Source of the DNA: Candidatus Atabeyarchaeum deiterrae
Lineage (GTDB): Archaea; Asgardarchaeota; Atabeyarchaeia; Atabeyarchaeales; Atabeyarchaeaceae
DNA: 64,000 bases
Direction: 5' to 3'
Assembly (NCBI GenBank): GCA_037310415.1
Contig: CP147780.1
Span: 2,272,001-2,336,000, forward strand
Both the position numbers and the translations under genes were made by a program. The notes under the pieces are model-generated. The model did not search any database and was not told the DNA's origin. It saw only the letters and a list, made by a program, of their open reading frames with translations. Position 1 is the stretch's first letter. Each line of letters begins with the position of its first letter. This document shows positions 27,065 to 37,358 of this stretch, in pieces.

Positions 27065-28219
27065 TCAATCCTTGCTCAAGATGACTACGCCGTGTCCCAT
27101 TGACGCGGCTCCCGCGATGTGAGTTATTCCGTGGGCCAGAGCTTTCTTCACGCCTTTGACTTGGTGTTTGCCGGCTTCTCCTCTCAACTGCAGAGCCGCT
27201 TCAGCAACTCTAAACAGACCTGCGGCATGATGGGGATGCGATGAAAGAGCCCCGCCAGATGGATTGACTGCAAGCTCGCCGATCCGTCCATCTGAATCCA
27301 TTTTGTCTATGGTTGCACCCCCGCAACCCTTGTCACAGAGCTTGAGTGCCTCGTACTCCATTAGTTCGTGGTAAGATGTTATGTCGTGGAGTTCTGCGAC
27401 CTGTAAATCTCTCAAGGGGTTCTCTATCCCTGCCATCTTGTATGCTCTCTCAGAAGCCCAGCGCAGTGGAAGTAGCTCTCCCGGTTCGGCGTCCTGGAAA
27501 TAGTAGGAACCAACGTTCCATGCTAACCCGTCTATCCAGACGGGTTTATCCGTAATTCTCTTGACATATTCGGAAGATGCTAGAACGACTGCGCATGCGC
27601 CTGATGATGACGGTGGGAGGTCAAGCTTCTTCAATGGGTATGAAACCATTGGAGATCGCAGGGCTTCGTTAAGTGTTACTGCTTTTCTCAGGTGGGCGTA
27701 TGGGTTCTTCGCGCCGTTCCTTCTATTCTTCACGACGACTTTGGCAGCCTGTTTCTCTGTTACTCCAGCTGCTTTCATGTAGCCGTTTGCATGCATCGCG
27801 AAGGAGGTCACCCAGCTTAGTCCGAACCCTCTTGTGAACAGATGGTCAAATGCGTAATTAGTTACTAGTTCAAAAGGTGACTCAGTTGTTCCGATGCCTG
27901 TCACCATTGCTGTATCATGTAGACCTGAAGCCAGTCTCATGTAAGCGTATGCAAGGGAGAATGTTCCGTCTTCCGCGCATCTACTCTCGTCCTTCAGGAA
28001 TCCGCCTGCTGAAGTGCAGGTGTGCATGTTTGAGATTGTTCGCCCGTCTGCGACATCATCTCCAGCTTCTATGACCGTGTCAAGTTCGCTTCGTTCCATT
28101 CCTGCGTCTTGAAGAGCTTTCGACGCGGCTTCGTAGACAATATCGTAGAAGACATCTTTCTTCTTGCTCTCGCACTTGGTTTGTCCAACTCCTACTATTG
28201 CAACTCTGGGCTTAACCAA
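27065..28219 (-). CDS. SCP-x type thiolase-fold protein, Ltp4-like
   Basis: ESRCAEDGTFSLAYAY, AELHD, NPSGGALSSHP. Confidence 0.85.
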   Translation of the reverse strand: MVKPRVAIVGVGQTKCESKKKDVFYDIVYEAASKALQDAGMERSELDTVIEAGDDVADGRTISNMHTCTSAGGFLKDESRCAEDGTFSLAYAYMRLASGLHDTAMVTGIGTTESPFELVTNYAFDHLFTRGFGLSWVTSFAMHANGYMKAAGVTEKQAAKVVVKNRRNGAKNPYAHLRKAVTLNEALRSPMVSYPLKKLDLPPSSSGACAVVLASSEYVKRITDKPVWIDGLAWNVGSYYFQDAEPGELLPLRWASERAYKMAGIENPLRDLQVAELHDITSYHELMEYEALKLCDKGCGGATIDKMDSDGRIGELAVNPSGGALSSHPHHAAGLFRVAEAALQLRGEAGKHQVKGVKKALAHGITHIAGAASMGHGVVILSKD

Positions 28220-28501
28220 AAAGCGAATCGCCCTCCATCTTGACTTTTTTCCCTTTCAGAAAAGGCATACGACCGATTTCTAGATCCAGGCGGTCACCAG
28301 GGTCTGTAGTTATTGTTCTAAAACTGACCATGTCCCACTATATATAGATTGATCTGACAAGAGTTCCTGATGAAGAAAAAGTGGCCAACAGAAGCCGACC
28401 GATATTTGAGCCATATCCATTAACGCGTCAGGCTTCCACTCGCATCACGTAAACCATATAACCTTAACCCTCCAAGTTCTCAGAAAGGAGAATGGAGCAA
28501 A

Positions 28502-29941
28502 TTGTCTCTAGATCAAATTGCTGCGCGTTATGAGAAGTTGAGTAGTCAGCTATCCGAGCAGTATTACAATCAGGACGCTGGCTTAACCTATGATAGAGAA
28601 TTAATGAGAAAACTCTCTGGCGAACTGACCGATGTCAGCCGCGAATTTCTAGACAAGTTCACCAAACCCCGAAGTATGTATCTTGAGTCTATAGCTACGA
28701 TTGCCCAAGCAGAAAGACTTGAAGTTGAGCTTGACTTCAAGGACCAGCGCATGGAGAAAATTTCAACTGACAAATATACCTTGAATGGTAAGCGCGTCAA
28801 CTGGGGCAACTGGCGGCAATTCAATTCACAGACTGACGACCCAAAGAAACGTAAGGAAGTTTTCGACGAATTCATCTCCAAAGCCCCTTCAATTGGACAT
28901 CTTGTGGAAAAACGCATGGCAATATCCCGAGAAGTCCACAAACGCTACGGCTTAACGCCCTTAGATGCGTATTTGGAACTTGAACAGACGACCTACAAAG
29001 GAATAATCAGCCTGCTCGAAGAACTTGGAGACGGAGCACGAAATCATTTCCTCAAAGCAGCGGAACACTATGCACCTGAAGCTCTGCACAAGCCGAAGAC
29101 TGAATACTTCGACGACTTTTACACTTGGCGCGGACGCATCTACAAGCCCCTAGATAGAATCCTCAAGGACAAGAACCCAATTGCAGCAATTCGAAAGGTC
29201 TTGACCACTCTGGGATTCAACTATTCAAAGATTAAAGTAGATGCCGAAGACCGCCCAAACAAAAGTCCATCTGCTTCATGCTGGGGGATAAATGTCCCAA
29301 ACGATGTGCGAATTCTGTACAGGAGTGTTTCACCCTTCGAGGATCTCGGCAGCGTATTTCACGAATTCGGGCATGGCGTCCACGAAACGAACGCAGATCC
29401 AAATGACACCGTCTGGAAACGCTACATAGTCCCGAGGAGCGTATCTGAAACATTCAGCATCCTCATTGAAGAGATCACGCGTGATCCGCTATTCTTATCA
29501 CAGGAATTGAAACTCGAAAAGACAGCAATACAGGAAATAGTCAGTCGAGTAAAATTCATGAATCTAGCATTCTTAACATTCTACGCTGCAAACAGCATAA
29601 TGAAGACCGAATTTTGGAAAAACAATTACACCGTAGAGCAAGCAGCAGATCGCTGGCAGCAACTCACCAAACGCTTCTTCATAGAAACCCCGGGTTACTA
29701 CTGGATACTGCATCACGTGATGCCCGATTATGATTTGTACTCTCCGAGCTATGTAATCGCTTCAGTCAGAGTAACAGCTATAAAAGAACGATTGTCAAGC
29801 GAGTACGGCGAAACATGGTGGAAGAACCCCAAAGCGGGAGAATACATTCGAGAACTGGCCAAGACGAGAGGGGAATTCAACATCAGGCAATGGAAGCTCG
29901 TTCCAAACACATACCTGAAAGAACAAATCGTAACATTCTAA
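28502..29941 (+). CDS. Zincin metallopeptidase (M3/M32-like gluzincin)
   Basis: FHEFGHGVH plus downstream SETFS. Confidence 0.8.
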   Translation: MSLDQIAARYEKLSSQLSEQYYNQDAGLTYDRELMRKLSGELTDVSREFLDKFTKPRSMYLESIATIAQAERLEVELDFKDQRMEKISTDKYTLNGKRVNWGNWRQFNSQTDDPKKRKEVFDEFISKAPSIGHLVEKRMAISREVHKRYGLTPLDAYLELEQTTYKGIISLLEELGDGARNHFLKAAEHYAPEALHKPKTEYFDDFYTWRGRIYKPLDRILKDKNPIAAIRKVLTTLGFNYSKIKVDAEDRPNKSPSASCWGINVPNDVRILYRSVSPFEDLGSVFHEFGHGVHETNADPNDTVWKRYIVPRSVSETFSILIEEITRDPLFLSQELKLEKTAIQEIVSRVKFMNLAFLTFYAANSIMKTEFWKNNYTVEQAADRWQQLTKRFFIETPGYYWILHHVMPDYDLYSPSYVIASVRVTAIKERLSSEYGETWWKNPKAGEYIRELAKTRGEFNIRQWKLVPNTYLKEQIVTF

Positions 29942-30044
29942 CCCAACACACCTTCTCTACCTTACACTCTATAGGCTCCTGACAAGAGAGAACCTCATCG
30001 CGACAGCAATGGTCATATGAGGAAGTGCCGTTCACTTATTGTCC

Positions 30045-31115
30045 TCATATCCATTTCTTTCTCCTGAAGTAGAGTAACATTACGATTCCTACTGAGAGCA
30101 TCAAGAACAGGATCAAAGGATAACCGATGGTTAACTCAAGTTCAGGCATGAATCTGAAATTCATGCCGTAGAGACCTGCAATGAAGCTGAGCGGCATGAA
30201 GATGGTCGCAATTATGGTAAGCACCTTCATTACTTCGTTCAGTCTGTTGCTGACACTTGACACGTAAACATCCATCATGTTTGTAAACAAATCGCGGAAC
30301 GTTTCTAGATTATCAATAGCCTGAACCACGTGATCATAGACATCACTGAGGAATATCTGGGTAGGCTCCTTGACTAGTTCTGATTCGCTTCTTTGCATTG
30401 AACTAATGACTTCCCTCATAGGCCAGGCAACTTTCCGCAGAAACAGCAGTTGCCCTCGTAGTCGATGAATGTCGCGAAGAAGCTCTGTAGATGGGTTTTC
30501 TAGTACCGCATCCTCAAAATAGTCAATCTTCTCTCCTATGCTCTCCAAGACCACGAAGTAGTTATCAACAATCGCGTCGAGCAAACCGAAGGCAAGGTAG
30601 TCTGCTCCCATTTTCCGGAGGCGTCCTTTTCCAGCTCTGACGCGCTCCCTGACTTTGTCAAAGACATCGCCGATTCCTTCCTGAAAAGTGATGACGTAGT
30701 TTGGACCGAGGACGAGGCTTATATGCTCAGCTATTACCTGGTTTCTGTTTTTCCCATGGTAGACCATCTTTGAAACGATGAAGATGTAGTCCTCAAGATC
30801 CTCTATTTTTGGGCGCTCTCCGGTATTCAGAATATCTTCAAGTATGAGTGGGTGTAACCCTAGATGTATTCCGATTTTCTCAATGATGTCGACTTTGAAA
30901 AGACCATCTATGTTTACCCATGTTACTCCTGGCTGGTCTTTAATGGGAAAACAGTCTTCAATCCTTTTCACTTCTTTTTCTTTGAGATTTGTTTGGTCAT
31001 AGTGCATTATAGTGATCCTTACCTTCCCGCTCTTCTTCGCACCTGTGTACACAAGTGAGCCAGGCGGAAGTCCGACTCCCTTCAGGGCCTTTTCATAGAG
31101 TTCAGTCACATTCAT
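30045..31115 (-). CDS. corA: Mg/Co transporter CorA
   Basis: GLPPGSLVYTG, YGMNF..MPEL, two C-terminal TMs. Confidence 0.96.
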   Translation of the reverse strand: MNVTELYEKALKGVGLPPGSLVYTGAKKSGKVRITIMHYDQTNLKEKEVKRIEDCFPIKDQPGVTWVNIDGLFKVDIIEKIGIHLGLHPLILEDILNTGERPKIEDLEDYIFIVSKMVYHGKNRNQVIAEHISLVLGPNYVITFQEGIGDVFDKVRERVRAGKGRLRKMGADYLAFGLLDAIVDNYFVVLESIGEKIDYFEDAVLENPSTELLRDIHRLRGQLLFLRKVAWPMREVISSMQRSESELVKEPTQIFLSDVYDHVVQAIDNLETFRDLFTNMMDVYVSSVSNRLNEVMKVLTIIATIFMPLSFIAGLYGMNFRFMPELELTIGYPLILFLMLSVGIVMLLYFRRKKWI

Positions 31116-31195
31116 CCCCTCATATCAATAGTTTAGCAGTACAGATATTACACGATATCTTCTGCAATTGCCAGTATGCTCCTTGTCTTTGACGT

Positions 31196-32875
31196 TCATC
31201 CTTCATATTTGTTGATGATCGGCATTTTCCATCCGATGCCGAATGCCTTTGGTGTGACCTTAATGCAGGGTGGAGCTTGCCAGCGTTTGTATTCGGCTCT
31301 TCTGATTCTTTTGTAGGTGTCTTCAACAACCTCTTTGGGATAGCCCATCTCGATCAATTCTCGTTTACCTCTCCTGTCTTCTATTATCTCGTCGACTAGT
31401 GGGCTAATCATGTTGAAGTCGAAGGGGTCAAACTGTCCTTCCTTGAGTTCTGGTGAGGGTTTCTTGCTGAGGACACTTTGCGGTATTATATCTCTTCGTG
31501 CCTTTTCATTAACGTAGTTGGCAAGCTTGTAGACTTCAAGTTTGCTGATGTCGCCAAGAGCCCCAATGCCACCTGTCATGTCACCATACAGAGTGCAGTA
31601 TCCTAGGGCAAGTTCAGTCTTGTTTCCAGTGTTCACGACTAGTGCTTTCAAATCTTTTAATCGATTGGATATATCCATGAGGCAATTGCCTCTTGTCCTA
31701 GGCTGAATGTTCTCGTCAGCTATTGGATCGTCACTTTTTTGGGTAAGGTTGAAGTGTTTCCGTATCTCCTGCAGAGGTTCCTCTAGTTCCGTCGTGTAGC
31801 TGTCGACAATGTCTTGGATCGGGAACTGAATGAGGCATATAGCCAGGTTATCGGCTAGTATCTGGGCATCTTTCTTGCTGTGTCCAGTTGAGAACTTGGT
31901 GGGCATGGATACTCCTATAACGTTTTCTTTGCCTAGGGCTTCGGCAACTATGCATGTGGTTAGTGATGAGTCGATCCCGCCGCTCATTCCCACGATGGCT
32001 TTCTCGAATCCTGTTTTCCGGAAATAATCACGGATTCCTGCTACTAGGGCTTTGAATACCTCTTGCTCTCTGTCATATGGGTGCGGTTCGACGCTCTCTC
32101 CTGATCCTTTCTCTAGGTTTAGATCGGTGATGATCAAGTCTTCTTCGAATTGCTTCCCCACGGCTATCAACTTGCCTGATCTGTCTACAGCTAGACTTTG
32201 ACCATCAAAGACAAGCTCATCTTGTCCTCCGACCAAGTTCACATAGAATATCGGAATTCGGTTTTGAGATGATTTTATACTTAGCAGCTTCTCTCTTACG
32301 AATCTTTTTCCAGCATAGAATGGCGAGGCTGAGATATTCACAATTAGATTTGCCCCTCTTCCTGCCAAAATCTCTGTGACTTTCACTTCATAGGTCTCGT
32401 CCCAGAGGTCCTCGCATATCTCGACACCTAGCTTGCATATGTTTCCGTTCATCATGATTTCCACAGGTTGCACTTCTTCTTGTTTTTCCGGCTTGAAGTA
32501 CCTGTCCTCGTCGAAGACATCGTATGTAGGCAAGAGAGTTTTGTGAATAATCTTTGCCAATTTGTTGTTCTTGAAAATGGCTGCTGCGTTGAACAGTTTT
32601 TCTCCTTCATAGTCGACGAAGCCAATCACTCCAGCAATATCCTTCTCATTCTCCTCGATTAGTCTCAGAGCTAGTTCCTTGTTTGCTTTCACGAATGCAT
32701 TTTCCAGCAATAGGTCTTGAGGTGGATACCCTGTGGTCGATAACTCCGGAAAAGCCACCAAGTCAGCTCCACGCCTACTCGCTTCAATCAGGAAGTCCCT
32801 TATCTTTTTTCCATTTCCTGGCAAGTCTCCGACAGTCGGATTTGTTTGAGCCATAGCGATTCTCAAGCTGGACAA
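31196..32875 (-). CDS. nadE: Glutamine-dependent NAD+ synthetase
   Basis: Nitrilase domain FPEL..GYPP, EICEDLW; SGGIDSS, ENIQPRTRG, GNKTE, EYKR. Confidence 0.95.
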   Translation of the reverse strand: MSSLRIAMAQTNPTVGDLPGNGKKIRDFLIEASRRGADLVAFPELSTTGYPPQDLLLENAFVKANKELALRLIEENEKDIAGVIGFVDYEGEKLFNAAAIFKNNKLAKIIHKTLLPTYDVFDEDRYFKPEKQEEVQPVEIMMNGNICKLGVEICEDLWDETYEVKVTEILAGRGANLIVNISASPFYAGKRFVREKLLSIKSSQNRIPIFYVNLVGGQDELVFDGQSLAVDRSGKLIAVGKQFEEDLIITDLNLEKGSGESVEPHPYDREQEVFKALVAGIRDYFRKTGFEKAIVGMSGGIDSSLTTCIVAEALGKENVIGVSMPTKFSTGHSKKDAQILADNLAICLIQFPIQDIVDSYTTELEEPLQEIRKHFNLTQKSDDPIADENIQPRTRGNCLMDISNRLKDLKALVVNTGNKTELALGYCTLYGDMTGGIGALGDISKLEVYKLANYVNEKARRDIIPQSVLSKKPSPELKEGQFDPFDFNMISPLVDEIIEDRRGKRELIEMGYPKEVVEDTYKRIRRAEYKRWQAPPCIKVTPKAFGIGWKMPIINKYEG

Positions 32876-32903
32876 GTTCCGAACCTCCTTGTTAGAACGC
32901 AGA

Positions 32904-33374
32904 TTACAGCAATCGATAGTCTTCTTTTACCGTTGTCAAGACAACGTGAGTGTTTGATCTTTCTATGAAGGGAAGGGCAAGCACCGTCTTCGTAAAGTTA
33001 CTGAGTTCAGCCCTATTCCTGAACTTGGCAATGACCATTGCATCAGTCACACCTGTCACGTCGTAGACTCCACAGACGTTGGGTATCCTTGCGATTTCTT
33101 TCTCCATCTCAAGTAGTTTCCCTTTTGAGACGGTTATCTCGGATATGACGGTCAATTCATACCCAAGCTTTTCCTGGTCCAATACTGCGGTGTAGCCTTT
33201 GATAATCTTCTCTTGCTCCATTGCCTTGATCCTCGTGATCACCGTTGCAGTTGACACGCCGATTCTTTGTGCGATCTGTCTGCTTGATAGTCTGGCATAT
33301 GAAATGAGCACTTTCAGGATTTCCACGTCGGTTTGACTTATCTGCTTCGATGAGTGTTCGTTCTTCAAATCCAT
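32904..33374 (-). CDS. Lrp/AsnC family regulator
   Basis: ARLSSRQIAQRIGVS, VYDVTG, THVVLTTVKE. Confidence 0.92.
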   Translation of the reverse strand: MDLKNEHSSKQISQTDVEILKVLISYARLSSRQIAQRIGVSTATVITRIKAMEQEKIIKGYTAVLDQEKLGYELTVISEITVSKGKLLEMEKEIARIPNVCGVYDVTGVTDAMVIAKFRNRAELSNFTKTVLALPFIERSNTHVVLTTVKEDYRLL

Positions 33375-33547
33375 TCACCACTGGACCAGATCTGTGAACA
33401 CATGTAAGAATTCGCGTCGGGAATATTTATGCGTTTTCGACCATAGTGAAGTTCTTATGTCGCACTCGTTAAGTAAAGGGAAGAGTGGGAATTAACGCTT
33501 GACGGGTCAAGAAAAGAAGAATCACATGTTGAGGGTGTGTGTTAATC

Positions 33548-34387
33548 ATGGCGATCCTAGTGGCAAAAGCAGATGGATCCAAACAACTTTTCGAGAAGGG
33601 GAAGATCATAAGCACTTGCCTCAAGATGGGAGCCAACATGGAAACCGCGGATGCTATAGCTCGCAAGATCGAGAACAAAGTCTATGACGGCATCCAATCG
33701 AGAAAGATCTTCACCATGATCTCCAGAGAATTGGGTAGATACATGCCGACTGTCAGGCATCTGACTGATCTTCGTAGGGCACTATCCCTAATGAAGCCAA
33801 AGCCAGACTTCGAGAAGTTCATCCAGCTCGTGTTCATTGAGCACGGCTACGAAGTCACTCCTAATCCGATAATAAGAGGGAAATGCGTCGAGCATGAATT
33901 GGATGCAATGGCAAGGAAGAATGGGAAAACGCTCATCATTGAGGTGAAACATCATTACAACCGCCACATACTGACTGGACTCGACGTGACACGCATCGCT
34001 AGAGCGATTTTCGAGGATATAAGTGAGGGATACACCCTCGGCTTGAATTCCGTGAATCCTGAAAGGGCTCTAGTGGTTTCCAACACGAAATTCTCGGATC
34101 ACGCCAATCGTTATGCACAATGCAGAGGAATCGAGAATTTAGGATGGAACACCCCGACCGGGCGCGGCTTGGAGAAAATGATAGAGGATAAGCAGTTATT
34201 TCCACTGACATACTTAAGAAACTTGGATCCAATGGTGAGAAATAGGATCATGGGTCACGGAATAATCCTCTTGAAGCAATTAGTATCATGTGATTTGGAT
34301 GAGCTAAGTGGTAAGATGAGGATTCCAAAGAACAGGTTGGCATCCACCTTTGAGATAGCCAAGATGATCCTTTTTGGCAAAGATTGA
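33548..34387 (+). CDS. ATP-cone plus Mrr-like PD-(D/E)xK nuclease domain protein
   Basis: VAKADGSKQLFEKGKI ATP cone; FEKFI, HELDAMA, IEVKHH, SNTKFS. Confidence 0.8.
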   Translation: MAILVAKADGSKQLFEKGKIISTCLKMGANMETADAIARKIENKVYDGIQSRKIFTMISRELGRYMPTVRHLTDLRRALSLMKPKPDFEKFIQLVFIEHGYEVTPNPIIRGKCVEHELDAMARKNGKTLIIEVKHHYNRHILTGLDVTRIARAIFEDISEGYTLGLNSVNPERALVVSNTKFSDHANRYAQCRGIENLGWNTPTGRGLEKMIEDKQLFPLTYLRNLDPMVRNRIMGHGIILLKQLVSCDLDELSGKMRIPKNRLASTFEIAKMILFGKD

Positions 34388-34533
34388 CCTTGCGAAGTTC
34401 CTGCACTCGGACTTGAATGATGTAGAATCTGTATGTAAGATGTAAAAAGATATAGGGTACAATGCGATTTGTTTATCTCTGTATCCTAAAGTGAACCGTT
34501 TCACACAAGAATTGAATTTGGTGGGATTGAAAG

Positions 34534-35202
34534 TTGAGTGAGCAGCTTCTGACTTGGTTCACAAAAAGACGCGAAAGTTTGATTCTCAAGATGCTCAAGG
34601 AGAACGCTGAGCGAGCTGTTCTGGTGGCTTCTGAATTCAATGAAGCCGTGAATAGCAAAGCGAGAGGACAAGTAGGACGTCATGCGGATGTTCTACATAA
34701 GTACGACGACGAAGCGGATAGGGCAAGGAAGAAGATAGAGGGAGAACTTACTAAGGGGGACCTGCCTCCGAAAATCAGGGAGGATCTGCTTCATCTGACA
34801 AGGAGAATGGATTCCACAATGTTTCATTGCAAGGATGCGTCTAAGGATTTGGAGATCTTAACGCAGGGCCCAGTGAGGACCCCTGAGGGGCTTTGGTCGC
34901 TCTATAAGAAAATGAGCGCCAAGCTACTTGAATGCGTCAAAGCCATGAGAAATATCATTCTCTCGTTAATTCAAGCGAAGATGGAAGAGACTGAGCAATG
35001 GATCGATCAGGTTGAGAAACTTGAACACGATGTCGACGTGCTTTATAGTAGTACTCAGCTGGAGTTTATGAAATACGACAAAGTTATCCCTACTTCCGTA
35101 TTCTTGACACTCTACGACCTCTTGAAGGAAATAGAGGAGGCAGCTGATAGCTGCGAATATACGGCTGATCAGGCTAGGATGATACTCATAAGAGGTTTGT
35201 AG
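34534..35202 (+). CDS. DUF47/PhoU-like phosphate transport regulator
   Basis: EADRARKKIE, REDLLHL, EHDVD, EEAADSCE. Confidence 0.8.
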   Translation: MSEQLLTWFTKRRESLILKMLKENAERAVLVASEFNEAVNSKARGQVGRHADVLHKYDDEADRARKKIEGELTKGDLPPKIREDLLHLTRRMDSTMFHCKDASKDLEILTQGPVRTPEGLWSLYKKMSAKLLECVKAMRNIILSLIQAKMEETEQWIDQVEKLEHDVDVLYSSTQLEFMKYDKVIPTSVFLTLYDLLKEIEEAADSCEYTADQARMILIRGL

Positions 35203-35498
35203 AAGACTCGCAAATCTGTCAGAGAGAACCTTTGAGGCGACTGAAATAGCCAATGGCGCAACTCCATGGAAGGGCTCGAACAAGCGGAACTGCTGAGGTA
35301 GCTCATTCACGCTAATATATGCAGTCTCTCTGCAAGTGCTTTGAGAGACTCGTAACAGAATCGCTTGGCGATTGAGTGGTTTCCCGCATATGCTACAGAA
35401 TTGCCAATAAGGTCCATGTTATTGATGGCTGCTGACGAGAGATTTAAATAAGTGTTGTGAACCTTGAGTTGACTGAATGCGTTCCTGCATGAGGGGGA

Positions 35499-36200
35499 AT
35501 GATGAGCACAGACCTATCCATTGGTAACGCAGAAGAGGACAGCAGATGCAAGATTCACAACGTATACATTGCGGTTGATGGAGTTGTTGTCTTCCACAGA
35601 GTGTACGGTAGCATCGAGAAGGATCCTGTGCTTGTTAGCAGCTTCCTTGGCGCAATAGCTTCTCTGTCACGCGAGGTAACTGATTATGGCATCTTGAAAT
35701 CAATTGAAATTCCTCCCATGAAGATCGGTGCCACGCAAATTATGGATAGCCCCCAAGTTCTAGTCGCCATAGCCTCAAGCATGGATTTCCCTGAATTCGC
35801 CATGAGCAGGATCTTGGGCAACATAGGTGAGCTATTTCTCCAGAAGTATGCAGACAAGATAACCGTGGTTGGCGTGAGGGACCTTAGCGACTCTCTGAAG
35901 GACGATGTCCACAAAGCGATCATGACTGGAATCAAGGAGGCAACATTACCTTATGACCCTTCTAATAGGAATCACAGAATTCAGTCTTTACTGAAGAATA
36001 TCACCTCCCCAAGCTATTCATGCCCTTTTTATGATGCCAACTTGAGAGGTAAATGCAAGTTAGATCCAAGGACTTTTCGAGTTGCTGATTGTGAAGGTGT
36101 TGCTTTCTCGAAGGGATTACCATGCGCCCTTGCGACTCACGAGAGCATCGTGGAAGAAGCTCGCAAGATGAGAAGGAAAGCTGGGGACAGGGCATCTTGA
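35499..36200 (+). CDS. Longin-like domain protein with C-terminal Cys4 cluster
   Basis: IHNVYI..DGVVVFHRVY..DPVLVSSFLGAIASLSREV..LKSIE; CPFY..C..C..C. Confidence 0.6.
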   Translation: MMSTDLSIGNAEEDSRCKIHNVYIAVDGVVVFHRVYGSIEKDPVLVSSFLGAIASLSREVTDYGILKSIEIPPMKIGATQIMDSPQVLVAIASSMDFPEFAMSRILGNIGELFLQKYADKITVVGVRDLSDSLKDDVHKAIMTGIKEATLPYDPSNRNHRIQSLLKNITSPSYSCPFYDANLRGKCKLDPRTFRVADCEGVAFSKGLPCALATHESIVEEARKMRRKAGDRAS

Positions 36201-36208
36201 CATGGTCC

Positions 36209-37099
36209 TCAGCTAATCTTTAGTAGCCGCTTGGCATTCTTGTACAGAATTTTCTCTTTGTTTTCTGGCTTCAGCTCCAATTGGTCCAGCTCAGCTAGTA
36301 TTCTTTTTCTAGTCACCAAAGGATAGTCTGATCCAAAGAGGGCTTTGTCTGAAAGCCGGCTATTCATGTAGTGCACCACAATTTGCGGTATGTACTTCGG
36401 TGCCCAGCCAGCAATATTGAAGTAGACATTTCTGTGTCTTTCACAGATTGCTATCGTCTCTTCATACCATGGCCATCCAAAGTGTGCGATGATGATCTTC
36501 AGGTTCGGAAAGTCAACGGCGACATCATCTATGTAGATTGGTCGGCAATACTTCAGTCTTGTTCCAGTATGGAATTGGGTTCCAGCATGGAAAAGTACGG
36601 GAACGTCCAACTGTTGAGCCTTCTCGTAGAGAGGGTAAATGACCTTCTCGTTCGGGTTGAGTTCTATAAGATGGGGGAGCAGCTTCAATCCCTTGAAGCC
36701 GAGTTCCTTCACAGCTCGTTCAAATTCTTTTACTGCAATTACCCCTTTGTTTGGGTCCGCGCCGGCGAAGCCAATTAACCGTTCAGGGTATCTGCTTACA
36801 ATAGCGGCAACCATTTCGTTTGAGGTCTTGAAGCCAAAACGTGTTTCAGCGTCGATCGCAACTATCACAGACTTTGATACTCCAGCGTCGTCCATGTCTT
36901 TTATCATGGTGTCTAAGGAAGGAGACAGCGGAGCTGACTTGAATATGTCAGCATAACCAATACCCTTCTTCTGGGATTCGAAGAACAATTTCATCGATTC
37001 GGGATCTGGAGGTAGTTGGGAGTGACTGTCAATTATCTCCAAGGGTAACCTCACCTCTCGTGACTGCTCATTACTCAGCTGCCAGGTTTTCTCCTCCAT
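36209..37099 (-). CDS. Amidohydrolase_2 family metallohydrolase
   Basis: IIDSHSQ, KGLKL, LFHAG, AHFGWPW, FGSDYP. Confidence 0.9.
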   Translation of the reverse strand: MEEKTWQLSNEQSREVRLPLEIIDSHSQLPPDPESMKLFFESQKKGIGYADIFKSAPLSPSLDTMIKDMDDAGVSKSVIVAIDAETRFGFKTSNEMVAAIVSRYPERLIGFAGADPNKGVIAVKEFERAVKELGFKGLKLLPHLIELNPNEKVIYPLYEKAQQLDVPVLFHAGTQFHTGTRLKYCRPIYIDDVAVDFPNLKIIIAHFGWPWYEETIAICERHRNVYFNIAGWAPKYIPQIVVHYMNSRLSDKALFGSDYPLVTRKRILAELDQLELKPENKEKILYKNAKRLLKIS

Positions 37100-37358
37100 G
37101 CCGTCTGTCCTTGATTAACGACCCGCCTAGTCCCTACACATTGATTGATTTCATCCATCCTAATAAGTCAAGGGGTTCTCCAAGTCCAGCACTTTCAGGC
37201 AACGTGAATTCACAAGTCTTTTTAGTGACTTCAAAGAGATTCAATCGGCAACAAATGTCGCGAACAAGGGGTTTTGCTGCTCAACAGCCGCTTCTTGTAG
37301 TCCTGTAAGCGACACTAAAGAAAATCCACTCGATCATGCCATGAGGTGATCACTTATC

